Shown: piece by piece, positions 33,701-47,659 of the stretch
Position numbering within the stretch: the first letter of the stretch is position 1
How the letters are laid out: each line of letters begins with the position of its first letter
Notes under the pieces: generated by a model
The model's input: only the letters and a program-made list of their open reading frames with translations
Databases searched by the model: none
What the model was told of the DNA's origin: nothing
Program-made: the position numbers and the translations under genes
Source: Sphyrna mokarran
Taxonomy: Eukaryota
Length of the DNA: 64,000 nt
Direction of reading: 5' to 3'
Assembly: GCA_024679065.1 (NCBI GenBank)
Contig: JAGIQG010000040.1
Location: forward strand, 558,001 to 622,000

Positions 33701-36376
33701 TAAGAGGGGGTGAGATGGGTTTGAAATAAGAACATAAGAACTAGGAGCAGGAGTAGCCTACGGGACTTAGCTGTATTTCATGGGGTATAAGCATCACTGG
33801 GAAAGATAGCATTCGTTGTCTGTCCCTAATTGCCCTTGAACTCAGTGTCTTGCTTGGCCACTTCAGAGGGCAGGTAAGAGTCGGGGATGCAATTATCCAG
33901 TGATATTATCGCTATCATTAGTTAGGTTTCTACATTAATGTTCTGGGGAGGCGGGTTTGAATTCAGCCACGGCAGATGGTGAAATTTGAATTCAATGAGA
34001 TATCTAGAATTAAGAATTTACTGATGATTGTGAAACTGCTGTCAATTTGTTGGAAGAACCCATCTCGTTCAATAATGTCTTTTAAGGAAGGAAATCCAGG
34101 TTCTTACACAGTCTGGCCTACGTGTGACTCCAGAGCCACAGCACTGTAGTTGACTCTCAACTGCCCTTGAGCTACTAGAGAGGGGCAGTAAATGCTGCCA
34201 CTAACGCCTATGACCCACAAATGAATAAATAAAGCCAACCACACTGCTGTGGCTCTGGAGTCACATGTAGGCCAGATCAGGTAAGAAAGCCAGATTTCCT
34301 TCTCTAAAGGACAATAGTGAACCAGGTGTCAGTAATAGTTTTATGGTTGTGATTACTGAGACTAACTTTCTCGTCCAGATTTGGAAATTGAATTTAAATT
34401 TAAGCACTGATCAAGCTGGAATTTGATCCCATGTCCCCAGAACATTAACCCGAGCTCTGAATTATTGTTGGATTGACATTACCATTACACCTTTTGGCAG
34501 TGATATTGCAGTTCTATGTTTTGCTGTTTTCTCGTAAACAGACTTTAACTTAGACAATAATACGAACGTAAAAATATAAGAGCTAGGAGCAGGAGTAGGC
34601 CATCTGCCCCCTCGAGACTGCTCCGCCATTCAATAAGATCAGAATGTTTCTGAATTGGAGCTGATGCAGGGAAACACAGCAGCCAAACTGTGCACAGCAA
34701 GATTCCACAAACAACAACGTAATATTGATCCAGATAATCGGATTTAGTGATGTTGGGATGAACATTGGCCATGGCACTGGGAAGAAGGTCCTTGTCTTCT
34801 GTGAAAGTGGCCATGCGGGGCGGCAGGGGAGGGGCCTTGATTTAACCTCTCGTGTGCAGTACGGCACTTCACACAGTGTATTGCAACCTCAGCACTGCAT
34901 GGGAGTGTCAACCTGTTCCCCCTTGTTGGAGAGACTAGAATGAGGGGACACATTAAAATAACCTGAAGACTGGGGACAAATTCTTTCTCTCAGGGAGCCA
35001 AAATACATGGAATTCGCTTCCCAGGACTGCAGTGGGGCACAGTCATTGAAAATTTTCCAGGATGATTTAGATTCTTGGTTAACAAGGGAGTCAAAAGTTG
35101 AAAGGCTGATTCTGGGATGGTGGGACTGATGTAAGAGGAGAGATTGACTAGGTTAGGATTGTTTTTGATCTGATTTATTGTCACATGTATTAACGTACAA
35201 TGAAAAGTATTATTTCTTGTATGCTATACAAAGCATACCATTCATAAAGAAGGAAATGAGAGTGCAGAATGTACTGTGACAGTCATAGCTAGATTTTGAT
35301 TTATTATTGTCACATGTATTCACATAGAGTGAGAAGTATTGTTTCTTGTGCGCTATACAGATAAAGCATACTCTTCATAGAGAAAGAAAGAAGAGTGCAG
35401 AATGTAGTGTTACAGTCATAGCTAGGGTGTAGAGAAAGATCAACTTAACGCAAGGTGATCCATTCAAACGTCTGACAGCAGCAGGGAAGAAATTGTTCTT
35501 GAGTCGGTTGATACTTGAATTCAGACTTTTGTATCTTTTCCCCCAGTGGGGAAAAAGGTGGAAGAGAGAATGCCTGAGGTGCGGGGAGATCCTTAATTAT
35601 GCTGGCTGTTTTTCTCTGGGGCAGTAAGAAGTGTAGTTAGAGTCAATGGATGGGAGGCTGGTTTGCGTGATGGTTTGGGCTACATTCACGACTTTTTGTA
35701 GTTCCTTTTGGCCTTGGATAGAGCAGGAGCCCAGACCAAGCTGTGATACAACTAGAAAGATGGTGCATCTGTAGAAGTTAGTGAAAATCATAGCTGATAT
35801 ACCAAGTTTCTTTAGTTTTCTGAGAGTTTTCGCCAGACATCAGACAAATGAAGGGGATCTCATGGAAACTTATAAAATTCCAACAGTTTTGACAGGATGT
35901 ATGCAAGGAGGATGTTCCTGCTGGCGGAAGAGTCCTGAACCAGGGGCCACAGTCTGAGGATTTGGGGTAGAATATATAGGATGGAGATAGGGAGACATTT
36001 CTTCACCCCCTGGAATTCATTTCCACAGGAAGTAGTTGATGCCAAAACTTTGAATGCATTCAAGAAGCAGCTGGATATAGTACTTGGGCAAAAGGGATTG
36101 AAGGTTATGGGGGAAAAAAAAGGATTAAGCTGTTGAGTTAGAAGATCAGCCATGATGGTGATGAATGGCAGAGCAGGTTCAAAGGACCTTGTGGCTTCCT
36201 CCTGCTCCTATCTTCTATGTTATAGGGACAGACAGGAAAGTAGAGTGCAGCCACAATCAGATAAATTGTGATCAAAGGCAGAGCAAGCTGGAAGCTGACT
36301 GAATAGGTGACTCCTGTTGCATGTTTGTATATATTTATTTACTAAGCTTATCCATGTGCAATTATTTATATTTCAG

Positions 36377-36691
36377 TGACCCAGGCTGCACCATCGGTCT
36401 ACATCCCCAATCCTTCCTGTGACATGAACTCAAACCAAGATGAGATTAGCCTCGTCTGCCTGGTGAAGGGCTTTCAACCCAAGGCCATCACTCAGACATG
36501 GTCCAGGAACAATCAGGTCATTACGACTGGAATCAAGAAACTTCCGCCAGTCCGGGGAAAAGACATGAAATACACGATGAGCAGTGTGCTCAAAGTCTCT
36601 GCGTCAGATTGGAATACCGATAGTGTCTACCACTGCAAGGCAGGCCACAACTCCAACGCAATGGTGGAACGGCAATACAAAAGACCCAAAA
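36377..36691 (+). CDS. IgW: IgW constant exon C1
   Basis: Acceptor TATTTCAG. Encodes [16 protein letters not shown]...[18 protein letters not shown]...[14 protein letters not shown]...YHCKAGH, a C1-set domain with an N-terminal Cys suited to L-chain bonding. Phase-1 donor AAAA/GTTAGT. Confidence 0.95.
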
Positions 36692-37199
36692 GTTAGTACA
36701 AGATATTACTTTCCAACTAGAACTATATTATTAGACCATAAGACATAGGAGTAGAATTAGGCCACTTGGCCCATCGAGTCTGCTCCATCATTCAATCATG
36801 GCTGATATTTTTCTCATCCCCATTTTTCTTCCTTTTCCCCTGATTCCCTTATTAATCAAGAACCTATCTATCTCTGTCTTAAAGACACTCAATGACTTGC
36901 CCTCCACAGCCTTCTAGCTGAAGAAATTCCTCCTCATCTCTGTTTTAAAGGATTGCCCCTTTTACCTGAGGTTGTGCCCCTCTGGTTCTACTTTTTCCTA
37001 CTCGTGGAAACATCCTTTCCATGTCCACTCTATCGAGGACCTCACAGTATCCTCTAACTTTCAATAAGATCCTGCCCCCTCGCCGCCATCCTTCTAAACT
37101 CCAATGAGTACAGACCCAGAGTCCGTGAGACAGCAGTGCTAATCCACTGTGGTGCCGTGCTTCTTAAGAGAGGGGTGAGAAGAAATCTTTTCTCACAGA

Positions 37200-38640
37200 G
37201 AACAAAGACTAAAGAACAAAGAAAATTATAGCACAGGAACAGGTTCTTCAGCTCTCCAAACCTGCATTAACCATGCTGCCTGACTGAATTAAAACTCCCT
37301 ATCCTTCTGGGGACCATATCCCTTCATTCTTACTGTTTTCATGGATTTGCCCAAACGCCCCTTAAACTCACTATCATATCTGCTTCACTACCTCTTCCCC
37401 AATGAGTTCCAGGCACCCACCACCCTTTGTATAAAGAATTTGCCCATACATCTCCTCTAAACCTTGCCCCTCACACCTTAAACTTGTACCCTCTAGTAAC
37501 TGACTTTCCATCCTGGGGAAAAGCTTCTGACTATTCACTTTGTCTATACCCTTCTTCAATCTCCGTCATTCCAGTGAGAACAAACCAGGTTTCTCCAACT
37601 TCTCCTCATAGCTAATGCCCTCTATACAAGGCAACATCCTGGGAAATCTTTTCTGTACCTCTCCAAAGCCTCCACATCCTTCTGGTAGTGTGGTGACCAG
37701 AATTGAACACCATATTCCAAGTGTGGCCCAAATAAGGTTCTATAAAGCTGCAACATGACTTGCCAATTTTTAAACTCAGTGCCCTGGCCAATGAAGGCAA
37801 GCATGCCGTATGCCTTCTTGACCACCTTCTCCATCTGCGTTGTCACTTTTGTTGACCTGTATACCTATGCACTAGATTCGTCTGCCTATCAATACAAGAG
37901 GGTTGTGAATCCTTGAAACGAGACAGCGATGGAGACTGGGTCAGTCAATATTATTGAGGCAGAGAGTCAGATTCTGGCTAACAAGGGAGTTGTAGGTTAT
38001 CAGGGGGAAGTAGAGTGCAGAGTTGTGGCTAAACTTGGCCCCAAGTGGAGAATTGTAAATTCTATTTAAAATGGCTAAAATCTCAGCAACAACTTCATGA
38101 ACCATACTTTGGTCTGGCCACCCGACTATAGAAAGGATATTATTAAACCAGAAGAGTGCGGAAAAGATTTACTAGGAAGCTACCGGGACTTGATGGATTG
38201 AGTTATAAGGAGAGGCTGGGATAGACTGGGACTTTTTTCTCTGGAGCGTAGGAGGCTGAGGGGTGATCTTATAGAGGTCTATAAAATAATGAAGGGCACA
38301 GATTAGTTAGATAGTCAATATCTTTTCCCAAAGGTAGGGGAGTCTAAAACTAAAGGGTTTAAGGTGAGAGGGGAGAGATACAAAAGAGTCCAGGGGGCAA
38401 TTCTTTTACACAGAGGGTGGTGAGTGTCTGGAACAAGCTGCCAGAGGTAGTAGTAAAGGTGGGTACAATCTTGTCTTTTAAAAAGCATTTAGACAGTTAC
38501 ATGGGTACAATGGGTATAGAGGGATATGGGCCAAATGCAGACAATTGGGACTAGCTTAGGGGTTAAAAAAAAGGGTAGCATGGGCAAATTGGGTTGAAGG
38601 GCCTGTTTCCATGCAGTAAACCTCTATGCCTCTATGACAA
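37200..38640. mobile_element. CR1 LINE 3' fragments in the C1-C2 intron (37200-37870 minus; 38100-38640 plus)
   Basis: KKAYGMLAFIGQGTEFKNWQVMLQLYRTL..PHLEY.VQFWSPHY on the minus strand; YKERLGRLGLFSLERRRLRGDL-like on the plus strand. Confidence 0.8.
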
Positions 38641-38914
38641 TCTCAGACTGATTCTCAGCACTGAGATTGTCAGATACCAGCAGGAGAAAGCTGACCTTAT
38701 ACAGCAAGCATTCAGGACCCAAAACACTGAAGGATTCTCGCTGTTTGTCAAAATCTAGAACTAAAAGATTAAGCGAATATTTCAGGAGAACCCAGTCAAA
38801 TGGACGAATGACAGCTTGGCATGGTGACGGTTACTCTGGATATTAAAGGATAGGATACATCTTTCCTGTAGCAAAACTATTGTGTAATCTGAAACGTGCT
38901 GAAATGTGTTACAG

Positions 38915-39214
38915 GTCCAAACGTCACCCCCCTTACCCCATCCAAGCAGATTGTCAACAATCAATCTACTGTTGTCCTGGGCTGTGCGATATCTGGATTT
39001 GCTCCCGACGGCATCCAGGTTTCCTGGAAGAAAGGACAATTGGAACAAACAGGTATTGTTCTCCCTTCCAAACCGGGACCTGATGATACATTCGAAACAG
39101 TCTCTTACCTGATAGTCCCTGTGGCGGATTGGAAGAAAGGAGATGGCTATGTTTGTCAAGTGACCCACACACCTTCGAACTTCATTGAGAGGATCAGCTT
39201 GAGATACCAAGAGG
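38915..39214 (+). CDS. IgW: IgW constant exon C2
   Basis: Acceptor TGTTACAG. Encodes [10 protein letters not shown]...[21 protein letters not shown]...[22 protein letters not shown]...RYQE. Donor GAGG/GTAAGT. Confidence 0.96.
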
Positions 39215-42200
39215 GTAAGTGATGTCTGAGAGAGGAAAGGAATATCCCATCAGTAATTCAGACTTGTGTTCACTTCAAAGGCAAAGACTCTGCCTCAGTT
39301 CAAAATCACTGTCCCCAATAACAACCCTGCGGTGAAGGGGGTAAAACGTTCAGTGTTTGGTATTTTGACATTTAACCTACATTTAAGGGGAGTAATTTGA
39401 ATGGAATGCAGGAAGCAGAGGGAAACTGCTGGAATTGGGTCACTGTCTGTTTCCTGTCTTTATCCAATGGGATTCTCTGTGACCCGAAATGAAGATGGGG
39501 CTGGGTGTCAAATGGTCCACCTGATACGTCCCATCTGATACCCAACACATCGAATCCTATCCACAGTTCAAATCAGCTCCCAGTCTTTCCCTTTTCTACT
39601 GCCTCCCAAATGCTGCTTTATCCAGAATTTTTCCAGCTTTGTGTCTGAAGGAATTGCCAGGATTGGCCTCACCATTTCCTGAGCCTCCTCCAGAAATCAC
39701 TCAACTGACTGCTCATCAATTCATTCCCCACATTTTCCTTTTCGATAGAACTCCCCCGCCCCCCCCATCACTTTTATCAGACGTGTACAGAGTAGAAGAG
39801 CAAGGAGGTCATGTTGGAGCCGTACAGAGTGTTGGTGAGGCCACAGCTGGAGTACTGAGTGCAGTTCTGGCCACCTCACTATAGGAAGGATGTGAATGCA
39901 CTGGAGGGGGTGCAGAGAAGGTTCACCATGATGCTGCTGGGAATTGGAGTATTTGAGCCATAAGGAGAGTCTGGATAAGCTTGGATCACTTTCTGAGGGG
40001 GGCCGTGATTGAGGTGTATCAGATTATGAGGGGTTTGGATAGGGTGAGTAGGGAGCAGATGTTCCTCTGGTTGAGGAGTTAATCATTACGGCATTCTCCC
40101 TGTAACCCTTCAACCCATCGCCAATTAAAAATCAGTCTAACTCCTCCTTAAATTGACTCACTGTCCCAGTATCCACTGCACTTTGGAGTAGCGAATTCCA
40201 CAGATTCACAACCCTTTGGGAGAAGTTGTTTCTCCTCAACTCTGTTTTAAATTTGTTACCCCTTCTCCTTAGACTCTGACCTCTTCGTCCCAGAATGTCC
40301 CACAAGAGGAAGCGTCCTCTCCACGTCTTCTTTATCCATACCTTTTATTATCTTGTACACCTCAATTTGATCTTCCCTCATTCTTCTAAATTCCAGAGAG
40401 TAGAGTTCTAAATAAACTGTTCAATCTCTCTTCATATGACAAACCCCTTCATCTCTCAGTCAGGAGGGAGCAGAGTTTTAGAGTAAGTGGGTAGGAGATT
40501 CAGAGGGGATTTGTGAAAAGAAAATCGCACAGGAGGTGGTGGGAATCTGGAATTCACTGCCTGGGAAGGTAGTGGAGACTGGAAATCTTACAACCTTTCA
40601 AAAATATTTGGATGGGAACTTGAAACATCATGGGATTTTCCGGCTACACTCGCTCCAAAACCAGAGAAACCACCCCCCACCCCCACACCCCCCACCTCTG
40701 GGTCAGTAGACCTTTGTGTGGTCCACCCCCACCCCGGGTCAATAGATATTCACATGGTCCACCCCCTCCTCCCCCTCTGCATGCTATGATTCCTGTGGGA
40801 GCGGGAAGGGAGAATCCCCCTCCATAACATTCAAGGATATGGGACAAATGCTGGAAAACGGAATTAGAGTGTGTTTACTGGGGGGTATTGTTGATACAGA
40901 CGCAATGGGCTGAAAGGCCTTTTCTGCACTGTATGATTCTCTGACTGCACCTATCCCCTGCCTCCGGCCCCCACACCCAAATTCAGGATAATTTCCTCTG
41001 ACCGTTCTGGACAATATCAACATGATCCAGTCCATTTTGGATTCTAAAAAGGCAAGACTGAGCTGAGTTCCAGGGCCGTGTTGTTCTCCCAGTTTCTCAG
41101 CACATGGGAGGGGGAGTGAAAATGTGTAATGCTTAATCTGCAACTCTTCCAATTCCAGGTGAAAATCCTCCAATTCCAGGTGGAAACGTAACTAATAAAG
41201 TACTTTCCATCAGGTGTAGACACAGCTTCAGTGCAAAGAAAATGTCAACTAGTTTAGAATATAGATCATACAATCCCTACAGTGCAGAAATAGGACCTTC
41301 AGCCCATCGAGTCTGCACCGACCACAATCCCATCCAGGCCCTATCCCCATATCCCTACACAATTACCCGCTAATCCCTCTAACCTACACATCCAGGAAAC
41401 TAAGGGCCAATTAACCTAACCTGCACATCTTTGGACTGTGGGAGGAAACCGGAGCACTGGAGGAAATGCACGCAGACACGAGGAGAATGTGCAAACTCCA
41501 CACAGACAGTTTAGTTTGATTTGATTTATTATTGTCACATATCTTGAGATACAGTTAAAAGTATTGTTCCTTGCACACTACACAGACAAAGCACACCATT
41601 CATAGAGAAGGAAATGAGAGAGTGCAGAATGTAGTGTCACAGTCACAGCAAGGGTGTAGAGAAAAATCAACTTAATGCGAGGTAGGGTCCATTCAAAAGT
41701 CTGGAGGCAGCAGGGAAGAAGCTGTTCTTGAGTCTGTTAGGATGTGACCTCAGGCGTTTTTTCCCGACGGAAGAAGGTGGAAGAGAAAATGTCGAGGGTG
41801 TGTGGGGAGGTCCTTAATTATGCCGGCTGCTTTGCAGAGGCAGCGGGAAGTGTAGACAGAGTCAATGGATGGGAGGCTGGTTTATATGATGGATTGAGCT
41901 AGATTCACAATCCCTAAAATCCCTTGCGGTCTTTGGCGGAGCAGGAGCCCGTACCAAGCTGTGATTGCAAGCAGAAAGAATGCTTTCTATGGTGCATCTG
42001 TAAAAATTGGTTAGAGTTGTAGCTGACATGCCAATATGGCAATCAGATAATCTGCTAAATATTGACCACCTTCCCCTTTTTCAAAACCCTGACAATAGAA
42101 TCTGTTTCTTCAGCCTGAGAAGGGACCTTGGTTTCCAATCTCATCTGGTTCACTGATGTCCCTTAGGGAAGGAAATCTGCCATCCTTACTTGGTCTGGCC

Positions 42201-43306
42201 TACATGTGACTCCAGAGCCACAGCAATGTGGTTGACTTTCAACTGCCCAAGGACAACTAGGGGTGGGTAATAAATGCTGGCCAGCCAGCGATGCCCATGT
42301 TCCAGAAATGAATTGAAAGATGGATATAAAACAGAAAATGGGAACAATTCAAGTGTTATTTTCCCAGGCCAGTAACTCTGAAGGAAACCATGGAAAGTAC
42401 ATGTTATGGAGAAATAATCCCAACCTGCAGGAAGAGGGAACTTGTGTTACTTCCTCTGATTCCTGGGGGTTGTTCTCCCAATGCAAACCAACCATCTTCT
42501 TTCACAAGGAATTACCACCAATGGCAATGTGCATTGATATAGCGCCGTCAATGCAGCAACCCGTTCCAAAGGGTCTGACAGGATCAAAACCAAAGGGGAG
42601 CTGACACTGAGCCAGGAGGAGAAGATATTGTGATATACCGAAAGCTTGGCTGAATGAGAGGGAGAGGCTTTAAGGAGAGTCTCATACGAGGGGAGAGAGG
42701 TGACAAGTCTCTGAGGTTTGGGCAGTAAGTTGCAGAGATTAGGGCCCAGGTGGCTGAAGGCACAGCCAATGTGGGGGAAAGGAAGTGAAGTATGCACCAA
42801 ACACTAGAGTTATAGAGTTTCTGGATGGCTGTAGGAATGGAGAAGATTACAGAGATCAGGAGAGGTGAGGCCAATGGAACATGAGGATAAGGATTCAATT
42901 GTGAGGTGATCCAGGTTCCTCATACAAAAAGCTCTTCATTCCAGGGATCATTCTTGTGAATCTCCACTGGACCCTTTCCAAGGCCAGCACATCCTTCCTT
43001 AGATATGGGACCCAAAACTCTCACAATACTCCGAATGGGGTCTGGCCAGATCCTTATACACCCTCAACACTACATCCCTGCCCTTGTATTCTCGACATGA
43101 AGGCTAACATTGCATTTGATTTCCTAACTGCCGACTGAATCTGCACATTAATCTCAAGGGAATCTTGAACAAGGACTCCCAAGTCCCTTTGTGTTTGGAA
43201 TCAGAAGCTCCATTTCTCCACAGATGCTATTAGACCTGTTGAGTTTCTCCAGCATTTCCTGTTTTTGTTTCGATTTCTCTGAACTTTTCCCCTTTCCTAT
43301 TCCCAG

Positions 43307-43609
43307 AAATGACTGTGTTGATCCGAAATCCTTCCATGAAAGAGGTTTGGATGAACAAGACGGCTACCCTGGAGTGCTCAGTGGTCTGTTCTGACCCGAG
43401 CCCAATCCAGATCCTCTGGAAAGTGAGTGACAAGAGTAGAAGTGACGGAGTTTTGACTCATCAGCCCACAAGGGAAGGGAGCCTGCACATTATCGTCAGC
43501 CAACTTCGAACCAGTGCAGAGGAGTGGGAGAGCGGGATGGAGTTTGAGTGTTCCGTCCACGGTGATGCCTCGTCTGCACCGGTGTCGAAACGGATAAGCA
43601 GAGCAAAAG
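43307..43609 (+). CDS. IgW: IgW constant exon C3
   Basis: Acceptor TTCCCAG. Encodes EMTVLIRNPSMKEVWMNKTATLECSV...ILW...SQLRTSAEEWESGMEFECSVH...SRAK. Donor AAAG/GTGAGC. Confidence 0.96.
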
Positions 43610-43699
43610 GTGAGCAAACAATCAGAAATTAATCTCCTGACTTTGGTAAGCTTGAGGGGGAAAAGTTTAACACTTCCTTTGTTTATCCATTTCTTCCAG

Positions 43700-44017
43700 T
43701 GAAGCCAAAAAGTCCCACAGTTAGACTGCTGCCCCCAACAGAAGAAGAGATGAAGAGTAAGAACACAGCCACACTCGAGTGTTTGATCACTGAATTTTAC
43801 CCGGATCTTGTGGATGTCACCTGGGAGAAAGATGGTGTTCTGATCTCCTCCAAGACTCGTGCTGGGCTCACAGCTCTGGAGCAGGCAGGGACATTCAGTG
43901 TCAGGCACTACCTGACTGTGAGTCCAGAGGAGTGGAGGAGAAGCTCAACCTTCACCTGCACTGTGTCTCACCCACCCTCCCACTTCAACTGCAGTGAGAC
44001 AGTGAAGAACACCCAAG
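43700..44017 (+). CDS. IgW: IgW constant exon C4
   Basis: Follows C3 after a 90-nt intron. Encodes VKPKSPTVRLLPPTEEE...ATLECLITEFYPDLVDVTW...LTVSPEEWRRSSTFTCTVSH...KNTQ. Donor CAAG/GTATGA. Confidence 0.96.
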
Positions 44018-44796
44018 GTATGACCCGGGGGCCCCAACTCCAAAATTAGCACTGTTTATCCCTAAGGCTGTAAAATCTGTGATGGTCAGGAATTTTAACA
44101 TGGACAATGTTCGCGTGTTTATGCAGTGGGTGTTTGAGTGGGTTCAGGAGTCAATCATTACAGCACTCCCTTCAACCCATTACCAGTTAAAAACCAGTCT
44201 ACCCCCTTCTTAAATTGATTCATTGTTCTGGCATCCACTGTACTTTGGGGTAGCGAATTCCACAGATTCTCAATCCTTTGGGAGAAGTCATTTCTACTCA
44301 ACTCTGTTTTAAAATTGCTACCCTTCTCCTAAGACTCTGGCCTCATCCCAGAATGCATCCTCTCCACGTCTGCTTTATCCATACCTTTTATCATCTTGTA
44401 CATCTCAATTTGATCCTCCCTCATTCTTCTAAATTCCAGAGAGTAGAGGCCTAAATAAACTGTTCAATCTCTCTTCGTACGACAAACCCCTCATTTCTCA
44501 ATCAGAAGGGACCAGAGTTTTAGAGTAAGGGGGTAGGAGATTCAGAGGGGATTTGAGAAAAGAAAATCACACAGGAAGTGGTGGGAATCTGGAATTCACT
44601 GCTTGGGAAGGTAGTGGAGGCTGGAAATCTTACCACCTTTAAAAAATATTTGGATGAGCACTTCAAATGTCACGAATGGGATTTTCCAACCACACTTGCC
44701 TCAAAACCAGAGAACACCCCCCTGAGTCAATAGACATGGTCCACCCTCTCTTCCCCCCACCCCTGCTCGCTATGATTCCCGTGGCAGGCAGGAGGG

Positions 44797-47008
44797 GATA
44801 AGGATAGATCTGGTCCTCAGGTTGAAGTTCTGAACTGGAAAAAGGCCAAATTTGATGAAATGAGAAGGGATCTAGGAAGTGTGGATTGGCACAGGCTGTT
44901 CTCTGGTAAGGATGTAAATGGAAAGTGGGAGGCCTTCAAGAGAGAAATTTTGAGAGTGCAGAGTTTAAATGTTCCTGTCAAGATTAAAGGCAAAGTAAAT
45001 AGGAATAAGGAACCCTTGGTTCTCGAGGGAGATTGTAACACTGATTAAGAGGAAGAGAGAGTTGTATGAAATGTATAGGCAGCAAGGGACAAATCAGACG
45101 CTCAAGGAGTATAAAAAGTGCAAGAAGCTACTTAAAAGAGAAATCAGGAGGGCTAAAAAAAAAGCATGAGGTTGCTTTGGCAAACAGAGTGAAGGAAAAT
45201 CCAAAGAGCTTCTATAGGTATGTTAGGAGGAAAAGGATAGTGAGGGATATAATTGGTCCTCTTGAAGGCCAGAGTGGTAGATTGTGTATGGAACCAAGAG
45301 ATGGGGGAGATACTAAATGGGTTTTTTGCATCCGTATTTATTCAGGAAATGGACATGGAGGCTATGGAAATAGGGCAAACAGGTAGGGAGGTCATGAAAC
45401 CTTTACAGATCACAGAAGAGGAGGTGCTGGCTGTCTTGAGGCAAATCAGAGTGGATAAATCCCCAGGACCGGACATAGTATTCCCACGGACCTTGAGGGA
45501 GGCTAGTGTTGAACTTGCAGAGGCCCTGGCAGACATATTTAAAATGTCAGTGTTCACAGGGGAGGTGCTGGATGATTGGAGGATGGCTAATGTTGTTCTG
45601 TTGTTTAAAAAAAGTTCCAAAAAAAAGTGGGAAATTATAGGCCAGTAAGTTTGACTTAAGTGGTGGGCAAGTTATACGAAGGTGTGATAAAGGATAGGAT
45701 CTACAAATATTTGGATAGACAGAGACTTATTAGGACAGTCAACATGGCTTTGTGCATGGTAGGTCATGTTTGACCAATTTATTAGAGTTTTTCGAGGTGG
45801 TTACCAGGAAAGTGGATGAAGAGAAGGCAGTGGATGTCTACCTGGATTTCAGCAAGGCCTTTGATAAGGTCCCTCATGAGAGGTTAATTAGGAAGGTTCA
45901 GTTGCTAGGTATACATGGGGAGCTAATGAATTGGATTAGACACTGGCTCAATGGAAGAAGCCAGAGAGTGGTTGTGGAGGATTGCTTCTCAGGGTGGAGG
46001 CCTGTAACAAGTGGTGTGCTGCAGGGATTGGTGTTGGGTCCATTGTTTGTCATTGAAATCAATGATCTGAATGATGATGTGGTAAGTTGGATCAGCAAAT
46101 TTGCTGATGTTACAAAGGTTGGAGATGTAGTGGACAGTGAGGAAAGTTTTCAAAACTTGCAGAGGGATTTGGACCAACTAGAAAAATGGGCTGAAAAATG
46201 GCAAATGGAATTTAACACAGGCAAGTGTGAGGTATTGCACTTTGGAAGGACAAACCAAAGTAGAATGTACATGGTAAATGGTAGGACTCTGAAGAGTGCA
46301 GTTGAACAGAGAGATCTGGGAATACAGGCACAGCATTCCCTAAAAGAGAAGTCCAGGTGGATAGGGATGTAAAGAGTGCTTTTGGTTCATTGGCCTTTAT
46401 AAATCAGAGTATTGAGTATAAAAGTTGGAGAGTTACGGTAAGGTTGTATAAAGCATTGGTGAGGCCGAATTTAGAGTATTGTGTACAGTTTTGGTCACCT
46501 AGTTACAGGAAGGGTGTAAATAAGGTTGAAAGAGTGCAGAGAAGGTTCACAAGAATGTTGCCGGGACTTGAGAAGCTGAGTTACAAAGGGACGCTGAATA
46601 GGTTAGGATTTAATTCCCTGGAGCATAGAAGAATGACGGGAGATTTGATAGAGGTGTATATGATTTTTGATGGGTATAGATAGAGTGAATGCAAGCAGGC
46701 TTTTTCCACTGAGGCTAGGGGAGAAAAAAAACCTGGGAGCATGGGTTAAGGGTGAAAGGAGAAAAGTTTAAAGGAATATTAGGGGGGGAATTCTTCACAC
46801 AGAGAATGGTGGAAGTGTGGAATGAGCTGTTGGATAAAGTGGTAAATGTGGGGTCACTTTTAAGAATAATTTGAATGGGTTCATGGATAAAAGGGGTGTG
46901 GAGGGATATGATCCAGGTGCAGGTGCAGTGGGATTGGGCAAAAGATGGTTCGGTGCAGACAAGAAGGGTCAAAGGGCCTGTTTCTGAGCTGTAATTTTCT
47001 ATGGTTCT
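44797..47008 (+). mobile_element. 5'-truncated CR1-clade LINE (~2.2 kb; degenerate ORF2 with RT domain)
   Basis: Frameshifted segments KSPGPD..FPR.LRE, HGRSCLTNLLEFFE, YLDFSKAFDKVPH, SGVLQGLVLGPL, KFADVTK (catalytic motif degenerate) and LYKALVRPNLEYCVQFWSP. 3' tail TTTTCTATGGTTCT. The empty site is visible in the paralogous intron at ~40805. Confidence 0.92.
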
Positions 47009-47659
47009 AAGGGAGAATTCCCCTCCATAACATTCAAAGATATGGGACAAGTGCTGGAAAATGGGATTAGCGTGTGTTTACTGGTGGTTATTGTTGGTGC
47101 AGACTCGATGGGCCAAAAGGCCTTTTCTGTGCTGTATGACTCTCTGACCACACCCCCTGCCTCCTCCAAACTCAGGTCAATTTCCTCTGACCATTCTGGA
47201 CAAGGTAAGTGGGCTTTTCAACGTTAACATGATCTGGTCCCTTTCGGATCCTGAAAAAGGCAGGACTGAGCTGAGTTCAGGGGCTGTGTGGTTCTCCCAC
47301 TTTCCCGGCACAACGGGAGGGGGAGTGAAAACGTGTAAGGCTTAATCTGTAACTCTTCCAATTCCAGATGGCCCTTGTCCTCCTTGCACTTGTGCTGGGT
47401 GTATGCCGAAGTTTGTCCACAAGAATAACCTCGATGTGATCCTGGAGAATGGTGACAAGCTCCAATTTAACTGTCGCCCTCAAACTTGTTCAATAAAGTG
47501 ATTGACTGTGGATGGAATTGGCTGTTGAATATTATTAAGAACCATCCAGGAGGTTCAGATCCAGCCTGTGGTGTCTGTCAGGATGAAAGTGTTCAACAAT
47601 GCAACAAGCAACTGCCATAGTTTGGGTTCTCCCCCACCCAACCCACTCCTGAACTGTGA

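Noticed and set aside
45253-46683. Active reverse transcriptase gene
   Set aside because: 5'-truncated, with multiple frameshifts and stops; the catalytic motif reads FADV.
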